Source: Lama guanicoe (taxonomy: Eukaryota). Taken from it: 64,000 nt of DNA. Of this stretch, positions 39,775 through 51,894 are shown one piece after another; positions within the stretch are counted from its first letter, which is position 1, and the number at the start of each line of letters is the position of its first letter. The notes beneath the pieces were generated by a model. The model saw only the letters and a program-made list of their open reading frames with translations, was not told the DNA's origin and searched no databases. Position numbers and translations under genes: made by a program. The DNA lies in NCBI GenBank assembly GCA_013239625.1, contig MU056313.1:2465786-2529785 (forward strand), read 5' to 3'.

Positions 39775-40959
39775 GTAGGGTCAGAACGCCCCGCCGTGAG
39801 CCAGGCACCCTGGCCACCCCTCCACCCTCAGTGGGCTGGCTCTTCCTTCCTTGTCATTGCTGTGCTTTGCCAGTAAAGTAGGGCTGGAAGCACCCTTGAA
39901 ATGAGATGACCTACTGATGATGCACTATGAAGCCAGATCAGCAGGAAAAGGCTCTCCTGAGTCTTTGGGCAACGTGCTTCCCTTTTACATGAGTGCATAA
40001 GCTTTCCAAAATCCAAAAAGACAGGCCCACGTTCTCCTCTGCCCAAATAAGGGTGTGTATATGTTGTCTTTCTCATCCATCTCGTGCTTCTGTGCAAATG
40101 CTCTCTGTAAATCACTGCTTTCCTGTCACTGTTTTTAGTGCAAAGAATAAAACTGCTGCCAATCATAAGCTGAACTCACACACTTCTGGTGATGTTTGCC
40201 TCTGTGTTGTTCAGTCTATTTGGATTTTTATTTTTAATCCATGATCCTTGTTGTAAAGTACCTTGTTGCTCTGGTGACCTGCTGCGTTCACTCATGGCCC
40301 TTTAAGCCAATGCTGCTTCGCTGGGCTCGGGGTACTCCCAGTCTCTTGACAGCTTTGATTGACTTAAAGGTCAGATTACTTTCCCTTTAACTACGTAGTT
40401 CTGTAACACCGACGGCACTTTAAGTGAACAGATTCTAAACGGCACCATCGATTCTAAGGACGGCAGCCAAGGAGTTTGAGAATGTTCATCTCTGCATAAG
40501 TCAGACCTTCCCCACTTCTATTTTGATGGTCCCTGGTGTTAGCCTTACATGCTCCACTACATGACTGTGGTTCTGCAAGCTTATAAGGGCTTGATGGCAA
40601 AGAAGAGTTTCTTTTCTGCTTTTTAGAAATGTAGATGTTTCTCTGTGTTTAGGCCATTTTGTGCTTTTTGCTTTGCATAATAAGACTTGATTTTATTTCT
40701 GAAGCAAAGGTTTGTGTTGCCATAGAGAATGAGGAATGTTGACTGGGAAAGGTTCTTAGACTCCACGGAAGGGCTTCCCAGAGCCAAAACAAAAAGAAAG
40801 CTCTTTCCAAAATTCATATGGCCCATCCATAAATTTCCCATGGGTCAATGAGATGTATGCATTCGGTCACCTTAAGTCTTCTTTGCCAGATTTTTACATT
40901 ATGTACTTAAATGTTCTATTATATATGTTTGTGTGGAACATAAATAGGCTATATTCTTT

Positions 40960-41114
40960 ATTTATTTTATTTTAAAAAACTGGGGGGAGAGAGATAATTA
41001 GGTTTGTTTGTTTGTTTACTTTTATTCAATTTTTTTTTAATGGAAGTACTGGGGATTGAACCCAGGACCTTGTGCACGCTAAGCAGGCACTCTGCCACTG
41101 AGCTAGACTCCCCC
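40960..41114 (-). mobile_element. tRNA-derived camelid SINE (Vic-1-like) with target-site duplication CTATATTCYTT
   Basis: Reverse strand reads GGGG..TAGCTCAGTGG (A box)...GGTTCAATCCC (B box)...AAACCTAATTA..CCCCCC plus A-tail; TSD at 40949-40959 and 41115-41125. Confidence 0.9.
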
Positions 41115-43940
41115 CTATATTCCTTGAATTTAGGCAAAGTTGTGTTTTCATAATTTATAAAATAATTTAAATATTTAAACTAACTTTAAAATGTAAGAAA
41201 GAAAAATAAGCCTATAAACATAAACATGGTGCTGTTATTAGGAGAATTTCATCTCACTCTGGTTGGCAAGTACCACACCTAACATTTTCTGGGAAAGAAT
41301 AATAACTTAAGAACTTTAGAACTGCTTACAGCTCTTTCAGAGATGTTTCCACACTAGCATTTAAAGTCATGGCCGATCCTTACATAGAAACTACCTAATA
41401 CTAGGTATAGCTAATCCTCCAGAGATGCCCCTGAAGAAGCACAGATGAATAGATGGGTTTTGGACAGACTGTATCCCACCATCTGAGCAAAGGAAGGATG
41501 TATTTTACTGATACCCGAGATTCTGGGATATTTCAAACCAGCTTTCTTATGAACAGTGGCTTGTGGTTGGTTCTGGCTTTGAAAATTAGCATGTGTTTAA
41601 AACCTGTCTCATTTGTATCTGCTTCTGACAACACTAAAAAATGACTACACTAAAAGAGGGAAAAAATCATTGCTATATTGCCAAGGGAAAAGTTAAATAT
41701 TTAGGATTCTATAAAAACTGCATAATGCTTCATTGGGTTTTCTAATTTTTATTGTACTCTTATGACTCATTGAAGAAATGTAAACATGACATAATTCTTG
41801 CTCGCTCAAAATTTCCAGCACAGCGACTGTAATCTGTTAACGTCAAAATCATCTCCTTAAATTCACAGCTCATATGAGCTTCTCTGAATATCACTAATGT
41901 ATATCATTCTATTTTTATCACAAAAGTGCTAAGAAGTTATGAGTAATAGAAATGCCTGAGCAGCGAGTGAAAATACAAATGAACACAGACCAAAAATACT
42001 GGTGGCTGAAGAGTGATCCTTTCTCAAGAATTTAAAATGTGGGAAAGGAAGAACATGGTCAGAAAAACAGATGAGTATCTATTCCACACCATCCTGTGGT
42101 CTTTAAAATATCCTTGCAAAATGAATCCAGGCTGAAGGAACTGGCGCGAGCTGTCCAAAGGCAAGAACAACTTTTAACGTGTTGCTGCCATTGCTCACCA
42201 TCAGGTGGCAACAGAGTGCAGAGACCGTCTGGGTCTTTGCCGCAAGGTCTGTGCCCGCAGAGTTACAACACCAGGAAGGAAAAAAGACAGCCTCCCAAGA
42301 CGGTTTGAGGGTCCACACAGAACACACACACCTGCCTAAAGGAAAAAAATTAAGACATTGATTTTAATAAGTCTATGCCATCTATTCCATCATAGTAATC
42401 TTTTATGTAATGAAGAGTGAGTCAAAATCATAATTCAGTTCCTTCTTACCTATTTGTGACATTAAGAAATTATCTTTGGGGTTTGGTTTACTGATCTGAA
42501 GAATGAAGTTTAATTATTATTTAAAAAGTAATTGTTTTTACATGACTGAGACACTTGGGAATTCACCAATGTCAGTTGTCATAGCTCTCTGACAACTGAA
42601 TAGCTGATGATGGCGCCTCTACTATACAGAACAGAGAAAATATATCCGGAAATGTGGATTCCTTTATGGATTCCCCGAAGGCGATGAGATCTAAACTATG
42701 ATCTTGTCCAACTCCTTGATTTTAGAGATAAGGAGGCTGAAGAGCACATCCCAGGTTATACAGTTAGTCACTGCCAACCCTAGAAAGACACAAATGTGCC
42801 TGCATAAATATCTACGTTCCTTATTCCTCTATTGACCAAATACTTTTAAAATTAATTAATTCAGTTACGGTACCTGGTCATCTTTCCTCAAAAGTGGTTC
42901 CTAGTTAGTCCACATTCACATGAAGCTGATTCCTACCGAAGGTGATTTCAGAAAAGTTTTAAAACTCACCATTATAATAGATATGCAACTTCTCTGCTAA
43001 TAAAAGCTGTGATAAACCCTGGCCAGAGTATGTGAACAGTATAGGAAACTGGTGATTCAGGGGGGGAAAGTGGGGGCGTGGATCCTTTTAAGGGATACAA
43101 AGGAAGAGAAAAGACACATTGAGAAAGGTCAGTAAAAACAAGGATGTTACTGGCCAACACACCCAGGAATACAAGTTCTTAAGACATAGAGGCCTGTGTA
43201 ATTAAGGGAGCCACGTACTTCTGGCAATGGCCCAGTTTTCATAATCGTCAAAGGAGTGGTTCATTTAAATGATTTATAAGTTGAATTAAGGGAATTAAAC
43301 TAGTAAAATCATAATGACGATAACAGAAAGGTGTCATAGGGGTTTTATAAGTAGATTGTTTTATATTAATGAATAATCTGATCTTTAAAGTTGTATTCAC
43401 ACTTTAATGTAAGGGAGCAATGAACTCAGACCAACCAGTCTTACCAAGCACTGGATGCCAAGATGTAAAAGCGAAACTTTTACTCAACTCAAAAATATTA
43501 GAATGGCTTAAATATGTGGAAATAGGAATGCCATTTTTAGAGCACAAGGAAATATATTTTACAAAACATTTTCTCTTAAGACATAAACAAATAATATTTT
43601 CTTACTTATAACTCTGTTGTGCACTGCAAAGGATGCTATGATTGTTTCTGTGAGAACAGTAGCTGTCTTGGTATGTGATTTGAAATACGGCATTTTACAT
43701 TTTTTTAAGTTACATTTTTAAATATAGTATCTTTGAGTAACTAACACCAGGCATTTTCAATATCATGCAGCTTGAATGCATGATCTTTGGCCTGAAATTT
43801 TACTCCTGGAAATGTGTTCTAAGGAGTAGTTCAAAAAAAGAAAGTAGCTCTTCATATAAAAATGTTTACAGCATTGTTATTTAGATAGTGAAAAAGGCTA
43901 GATCGATCTTAACTTCAAAACCAAAAAAGAAAGAGATATG

Positions 43941-44135
43941 CAGAATAGATAAACAAGATTATACCAGATAGCACAGAGAAATATACACAAGACTTTGTGG
44001 TAGTTCACAGCGAAAAAAAAGTGACAATGAATATATGTATGTTCATGTATAACTGAAAAATTGTGCTCTACACTGGAATTTGACACACTGTAAAATGACT
44101 ATAACTCAAGAAAAAAAATTTAAAAAAAAAAAAAA
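43941..44135 (+). mobile_element. 5'-truncated young camelid-type L1 3' end with poly(A), inserted in an older L1M fragment
   Basis: GAATATATGTATGTTCATGTATAACTGAA...GACACACTGTAAAATGACTATAACTCAA followed by an A-tract at 44111-44135. Confidence 0.88.
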
Positions 44136-46088
44136 GCAAGCACCAGCTGTGAACCAGGAAACAGGTCCTCACCAGACACTGCATCTGCTGGTGCCACAAT
44201 CTTTATTTAGAAAATAATTTATTAAGAGGAAAAAAAAAAAGAAAGTGATATGGTTAAGACAACCAAAAAAGATACATACACACATATGAGAGAATATTAT
44301 TCTGCAGTGATTGAAAATGAAAAAGAAAATTTAGAAAAGGAGACTGGAAACAATTACAAAATATTAATAGCAGTTGATATATACAAATCTTATTTCTGCA
44401 TAAAAGCCATATATATAGGCTGTATATGACATATAGCTTACATATATGATTGGATAAGAACTAGAAGAAATGTAACAGAATATACACTTATATTTATATT
44501 TACCTCTTTATCTGTTTAAATTGATTTTAATAATATGTTGAATTGAATGACCTTAAAAATGGCTAGAAAAGGGTTTGTTCTTAATCATTCTTAATGTAGT
44601 ATATTTTACATTTTAATAATAGATACATTATTAGTTATTTTATATTGATTTATAGGGTATTATACTCTTAAGTCACACATGTCCAATCATTTTTATCCAC
44701 TCTTTAATCTTACACTTAGGTATTCCATGCACAGACTGTTGAGTGAAATGTCTAAGAATACTATTTGCAAACATTTCCAATTACCATTAATTGAACACTT
44801 AAAAGTTTTAGCAGTAAGCACCTGGTCTTCTATGCTAGATAGACAGCTTGAATGGGAAGGGAGTGGATAAAGAAGGTGGGGAGGGAGCAGATTATAGACC
44901 CGTAGACTGAAAGGAACCCCAGAGTCCCCCCCATCCCCATTCTTGGACCAGTGGGGTTTCCATAGACATTTTGCAGGGGGAATTCCTAGCCTGTCAGCAA
45001 GCCATTCATAACTCTGGGATCCAAGAATTGGCCCTGAAGTCTAAAGACACAGATCTAATAATGCAATTGTCATCAAGAAGTCACTTTTATAAATGCCATG
45101 CAATTTGCCATGCAAACTCCAGTTTATCTCATTTTACCATGTAGCCATCGTTTAGAAGAAAATGCTTTTGAAGTGTGTTGTGAATGAACTATAACGCTTT
45201 CTTTTCCCCTCTGAAAGGTAACATTTAGGTAGTCGGTATAAACTACATTGAGTTAACATATGCAAGAAACGTGTTAACTTTCATTCATTGCAATATTTAT
45301 GTGGATATATGGGACGCGAAGGCTTGTCATTTCCAATATTATAAGTATCTATTACAGATACTGATCTTGATGCTTAGTTTAAAAAGAAAGAAAACTCTTT
45401 TGAGAGTTCAGTGCACTGGGAATTTCTACCAATATTTCTCTTCTAAGGTAAAATGTTACATGTTACCTGGATACTGTTTGTTACATTCTATTTCAAAAAT
45501 TCTCTGTTTTCTCTTTTTAAAAATGCATGTATTTTCTCCACACTGAGAACAGAGAGTGTTAATTCAAATGTAGCATGGGATGTCTGCCTCTTGACATGTT
45601 TATCTGTACTGTATGTGAAAATGTTGTCTGTGAAGGAAGAGTATATCAGAATGAATGTGAATACTTTGCTGTTAGACTAAATGTGGTTTATTTTCTGCTT
45701 GTTTGAGAAAATACTGAAGACTAAGGTTGTATGAAGGTGTCCAGACTTCCCAGTCTAGTGGTTTGGTGTCTCTGTTCTTGCCATGTTCCTGGCCTTTGAA
45801 AAATCAATGGGACTAAAACCTGACTCTTCCTTAAAGCTTGAGCAGACTAGATTGCAGACGTGTTCAAAACATTTGAACCTTGGTTATTTCGATTTAATTT
45901 AAAAGCTCCTTTCAAAACATTCTAATTATTAATCCTGCAGAAACCCTTTATTTGGTCTTTTTCTTCCTCTTGGTTTTTTACAACAGGAAATATTAAATGT
46001 CAAGAAAAGTACCATGCCATTATCCAAATTATCTTTTAATTAGTACCAGTTTAAGCATTGATTACATTAAAAAATCATTTCATTTCAG

Positions 46089-46138
46089 CCACAGCATCCT
46101 GTGTTTACTCATGAAAACATTCAAGGTGGGGGGGAACC
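46089..46138 (+). CDS. SORBS2: SORBS2 exon PQHPVFTHENIQGGGE(P), phase 0-2
   Basis: TTTCATTTCAG| acceptor, CC|GTAAGT donor, 50 nt; matches SORBS2 SH3-2/SH3-3 linker. Confidence 0.95.
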
Positions 46139-49100
46139 GTAAGTATGCTTCTTATCTTCTAAATTCTAGACTAACCTTGACCCACAAAATGGACCACTGA
46201 TGTACCACAACAGAGGATGGTACAACTTTTAAAAGGGAAAGAGATCAGAGTAACTAACATGAGATGAGCGCTCCCAGATTAAGAGAAATTGCAATAGTCT
46301 CCATGTTTCATAACAGAGAACAGAAGCTACTTTGAAAAAAAGAATGATTTTGCAGAGAATTTATTTAATTCCCTTGATTTATGCACTAGAAAAGCCTTCC
46401 AGTGCTGCAGTGATTTCTAAGACTGATGAATCTGTCTCCCTTTCTGTTGTCACCACGTAGATACTAGTAACTACAGCCTTCAAGACACACAGAAAATGTC
46501 CTAACATTGTTTTCACACAATTTGAAGAGCAGGAGAATGTCAAAGTAGACCTAAAGTGATCAATTTGTGACATAATTCCAAAGTTACGTTCTCTTGGAAA
46601 TGGCAGTATTAAAACATGCACTGTCCTTCAGTTACATGATGTTTACCACCCAGCGGACCCAGAAGGAGCCTTTTCATATTTTCTTTCAAAGTCCCTATCC
46701 TTTCTGATACTAAGTCAAGTCAACCTGAAGGTCACACATCGTCTTGAAGATTGTTTTTGTGTGTGTCTTTCTGCTCCATTTGCCCCACGAGAGATGTTCA
46801 GAGGGCATCCGCTTCCTGCTGGCTACTGGCTATTCTGAGTCAGGAGCTAGACCCCTGGAAAGGCGCCTTCACAGGACTGCACCTCGCCAGGCTGACCTGA
46901 GTGCCTCCTGCCCACGCTGCGCAGCCCTGGAGCAGCCCAGACCAGCAGGGGTGAACTCAGCCCTCAGCACCGTCAACTCCCTCCTCCCCCCTCACAGATC
47001 TGGCACTCAGCTAAACGCATGCTCCGCAGAAATCACCTCTAACCTGCAGCTGGCTCTCACTGAACTCAGCCAGGAAGGCCTTTTTCGTTAAGGAAAAGAC
47101 TATGAAAAGAATAGGCTGGAGGTCGAAATCATTTAAAATTTCATTTGATTGGAAAAAATTGTCAACATAATTAAAAGGCTTGGTTTGTTTTCTTATTGAC
47201 ACACAAAAAAATTCCAAGCCTGTTTCGGTTTACAGCTTTATAAACACACTATATTAGCAGCTTGTAATGAATTTATGAACTAAGATGACTGTAACATTAC
47301 ACTGTTTCATGTCATATGGAGTTAATGCCCCCAGTCGTGTTTATGAGCTCACAGGTGGGAGAAGCCATATTTTCAATGACCTGCTTTGAACATTTCAAAA
47401 CATTCCTTATTAAATTTCTATTTGACTACAACCCCAGTTAGGGAGATTATGGGGTGTCACTTAATCTTGGTCATTTAAGAAACAGGCTTTGAGTGAACAT
47501 AGGAACATAATGTTGTAATGTCACTGTAATTCAGAATTCTAGTCAAATACATCATAGAAGAAGCTGCAAGTTAGGGAGAGAGTTTCAAGCTTGGCTGAGC
47601 ATTTCCTATTTAAAAGACAAATTTCTTTTTGAGACATCCTGACCCCACCACCATCATTCATCTCACCAACACATCTTTCAAAACAGCATTTTTAAATTGT
47701 AATTTGACTGCATTTCCTGTCGTGCAACACTGATTTTGAAAGCCCACAGAGGTAGGAGGATTTCCGGAAGGTTTGTTTATGTTTCCATGAGACTCCCAAT
47801 TTTTTTTTCCTTATGGTGGTCTAATTAAACCAGAATGGTAAGTACATTTTGACAAGCGCACTGGCTTTCGTCAAACCAAAGTGAAGTAGGAGTTGGTGCC
47901 AAATTGGGTTTTTTTTTTTTTTAGCTCTTGGGACCTTGAGATTCTTCAAGCAGCTGGGGTTTGTGGCCTTAAATAGGCCTGTCTCCGTTAAGTGGTTGGA
48001 GATGTGCCTGGGTGAAGGCTGAAGCCTGAAAAGCTCAGAGAATCAGTGTTGTCCTCCCGAAGTCAGAGATGTGATGTACACCCACTGAATTAGAGCCCAG
48101 GAATGCTCACCTCCCTCCAGGGTGGAACTGGAAAAGGAACGGTGGTGAAATTAACTTCCCCCAAGAATAGACAGAAGCTACCACCCCCTCCCCTGAGCAT
48201 CCTCAAATCAAACAGCAGAATAATTTGACGGCTCCATCCAGGGCCAGCCCCATGCAAACATCCAAATTAAGTAATGTTGGTATTCAAGAACCCCCTGTCT
48301 TTTTTGACACTGCTCTGGGATTCAGGCTTCCGTTCTCTGCCTTCCCCACAATCAGAATCCTTTCTCCATGGAAGACCTCAAAAGCCCAAGTGGCTAAAAA
48401 GGTTTATTTGCCAGGAGGACAAAATATTAACAGGGGAAGAAATCTCTCATGTTGGAATTTGAGGCTTTGCTATCAGCCAGGGGAAAGAATGTTTTCCAGG
48501 AGAGAGTGTTAGGTAGCTCTTTCTCCAACACACCCTCCCCCAATCCAGCTTCATCCAGGTCCCCCAGTCTGACAAAAGTTCAGGGACAGGGAGGGGGGCC
48601 AATATAGCCATGTCCCTGATTTATGACATGATGTTTGAGTTCCAGTGATGGAACAGGTTTGTTCTACCAAAGGATGGTTTTCTGACTGAATGAAGTCATC
48701 AGAGATAAATCATTCCTGTTCCGGAGCAGTATCCAATAGTCCAACCTTTTAAAGTTGGCTTAAAAAAAATCCAGAGTGCCCTGAAATGTGGTTCTTATTT
48801 TCTTACATTGGCAGAATTACATTAACTGTTATGAGGAGCAGCACAAACAAATTCACTAACTTAAAAAAAAAGATCCCCCCCACAATATTGGTAATAGTTC
48901 CATAGTAGTATGACGTTTTCATATTAACTGCCTATCAAAGGCTTCCTGACCTCCTGCATGCCGAGAATTTGTATCTTTCCAAAATGTCAGCCCATAGTAA
49001 TAGGCATTAAAATGCATGCTACTTTCTTACTAAAAATTCAATGTCTGAGTTTCTTACTGAGCAATGTCACCAAAATGTGTGTTCTCAAAAAATTCAGACA

Positions 49101-49859
49101 GAGAAAGGAAGGTGGTAGCATTCTATCAGTTATTCTGCTTTATAAAAAATTATTTCAAGAGAGAGATTTTACATTAAACACAATTTCTCCAGGACCCATT
49201 GTAAAAAGGAACATCTGTCCCTAATCCACTGTTTGAGATCACAACTTACACTGATTCAAACTATGAAACTAAACTGTTTTAAAGACTTCTTCCTTGGAGG
49301 GGGGGCGGAAAAATCTTCTCTTTTATAATAATAACCCCACACAGTGATTTAGAAGACATATCTGAGAGATTGTGTACATCTCAATTTAGAATTATTGGAA
49401 AACTCAATTCGCAAGCTGCAATTACTTGCTTCTGATTATGGCTTGCTAAATCTATAATTCCTTCTTGTTTTTATTTAACTGAATAATGCACATATTACTT
49501 CTTTTATATTCTGGACCGTTATTTAATATCTGAGTGATAGATATCTATGACTGGGCAATTAAAATACAGGTCTGATTTACGAATGTTAAAATGTTTTAAT
49601 CCAATTCATGGATACTATAATCCTCCATAAATGTTTTTCACTGTGAGTTCTGAAATGCTGTTAGTGTGCACTAATCCCCATGAAAGTCTAAATACTTCTA
49701 CTTACTTTATATGCTTACCAAAGACTTATCCTACCCAATTAATATGTTAACAAGAATAGAAATGTTACAGGTAAAACAAATATTATACCATCTTCTATAG
49801 TTTCACAAAGGTGTAAATTTCTTTTTTTTTTTTTAACATACCCGTTTGTCCCGTTTAAG

Positions 49860-49966
49860 GTTTCAGGCTCTGTATAACTATACTCCCAGGAATGAAGATG
49901 AGCTGGAGCTCAGAGAAAGTGATGTCATTGATGTGATGGAAAAATGTGATGATGGCTGGTTTGTGG
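49860..49966 (+). CDS. SORBS2: SORBS2 exon [35 protein letters not shown](G) (SH3-3), phase 2-1
   Basis: Poly-T tract, TTTAAG| acceptor, G|GTATGT donor, 107 nt; ALYNY...DELEL...GWF SH3 signature. Confidence 0.97.
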
Positions 49967-51298
49967 GTATGTGTACACTTCTTTTCAGACACATCTGGCC
50001 ATTTTCTAATTTGCTTATGTTTGTTCCCTTGCATGGTTTGATGTGATAGTCAAGTGTTTTCTGATTTTATAAAGCCTTTGATCTTTCATACATCCATATC
50101 CATTATGGAATTCAAGGCCACTGCATTTTTACTATAGTTTAGTATTTACTGCTTTGGGTATGTGCAATTTTCCTCTAGTTTTATTTCCAATTTAATTGGG
50201 AGATGAAAATTTCTTTAAATGGCACCAACCAGGAAAGACTAAGATTTAAGAACAACAGCAACAAAAATGTTCCCTAGATGAGAAATACAAATATTCTGTT
50301 CGGTGGAGAATGTCTGTCATCAGCAGTGAGGATCTAATTTGAAAAAACCAGATGAGATGAACAACTCACTCATCACCAGGTCTGCTGGAGGTGCCTCAAG
50401 AGTCCAAGGAGTCACCTTGGCTTTAATTCATGGTCAAAGTAGAGAGAAGTTCCCTTCTGACCGCTTAAAAATCAATCCCATTCTTACTATCTTAAAAGAC
50501 AACTAGAGGTTCTCTGAGAAAACTTTTGTAGGCAAGAGTGGCACACACCAGGTCCCAGAGGAAAGAGTGAAAAGGGAACAGAGGCACAGGAGGATGGAGG
50601 AGACAAAAGATGAGGGAATGAGGGCTTTCTGTAGACAGGCCAACAATGGGAAAATGTCAAAGAGCAAAGGCTGCCTTTGCAGCCTCTGTTTATTATTAAT
50701 TTCCCATTTAGAAGAAGGGTAAAATGGCTGACCCACACAGGGATAAAGAAAATCAGTCATCAGACCAGGACTGTAAGTTCTAGAACATAAATGAGAAAGG
50801 GAACCGTAAGAGACCCTGTTCACTCTGTTTGAGCTGGAACTCCTAGGGGAGGATTTAGTGCACCAGCGCTTACAAAAAGTTTCGAAGGAATTATGTTATT
50901 TGAAACCAAAGGCGATCATGATGATGGCCATTCATGCATTTGGCTTTTCTCCTCATTAGTAATCATGCCCAATGACAGACAGAATCCACCACCTCCAAAG
51001 AGTGGTCTGTCTTTGTTTTTCTTTAGTGACGTGGCAAATTGTTCACATTTTGTATATTTCATTAAGGACCAGCAGTGCCATCTGTAAGCGAATGATCTTC
51101 TATGAGATAATGTGACTAGATAGTGTCAGTGTCCCTGATAAAGCCTTAATGTTACACCTGTGCCAGGAGCCGTGACAGACCTCTTGCTCACCGAACCAAG
51201 CCTTGCTATTGTGCTCTTCAGGTCCCTCCTATCCCACTGCCAGCCTCGTCCTTATTAAGAAGATTGTACTTGAAGTTGTTACTTCCCAGATGCGTTTC

Positions 51299-51451
51299 CT
51301 TTTTTTTTTTTAATTTAATTATACTTATTTTTCTTTTCCATTTTTTGGCGGGGAGGTAATTAGGTTTATTTTCAGAGAAGGTGCTGGGGACTGAACCCAG
51401 GACCCTGTGTATGCTAAGCATGTGCCCTACCACTTGAGCTATATCCTCCCC
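51299..51451 (-). mobile_element. tRNA-derived camelid SINE (Vic-1-like)
   Basis: Reverse strand GGGGAGGATATAGCTCAAGTGGTAG...GGTCCTGGGTTCAGTCCCCAG...AAACCTAATTACCTCCCC plus A-tail; degenerate TSD CAGAYGCRTTT. Confidence 0.9.
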
Positions 51452-51832
51452 TCGCAGACGCATTTTCTATTCCGCTCCTCGCTCCCATCTGGCAGCCTTG
51501 GTGATGGAACCTTGTCATACTTAAGTGCCATTAGACTTAAAACCCACCTCCTCAGCAAGACTGTCTTGCCCCTCAGACTGAGAGGCTGAGCTTTTCTGTC
51601 TAGCCCGGTGTGATGGAAGCACACCACTGAAGCCTCAGAGGCAACGAAGGCATCGAGCAGGACAGATAAAACTGCCTCCTCTGTCTTCCTGTCTTTTTTT
51701 TTTTTAAGTGAATTTTCTCTCTTCTTTTACAAACTCTGCGGGCTTGCTCTCCTAGTGAGTTTTCAAGCCCACATACATGAACTGATAGTTCATCACTGCT
51801 ACTCTCCTTTCATTTATCACTTCTATTTTCAG

Positions 51833-51894
51833 GAACCTCAAGAAGAACCAAATTCTTTGGTACTTTTCCCGGAAACTATGTCAAAAGGCTGTGA
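51833..51894 (+). CDS. SORBS2: SORBS2 last coding exon (G)[19 protein letters not shown]
   Basis: TTCTATTTTCAG| acceptor; completes SH3-3; TGA at 51892-51894. Confidence 0.97.

Noticed and set aside
41040-41114. tRNA gene (also 51380-51451)
   Set aside because: A and B boxes are present, but they are followed by a SINE body, A-tail and TSD; these are SINEs.
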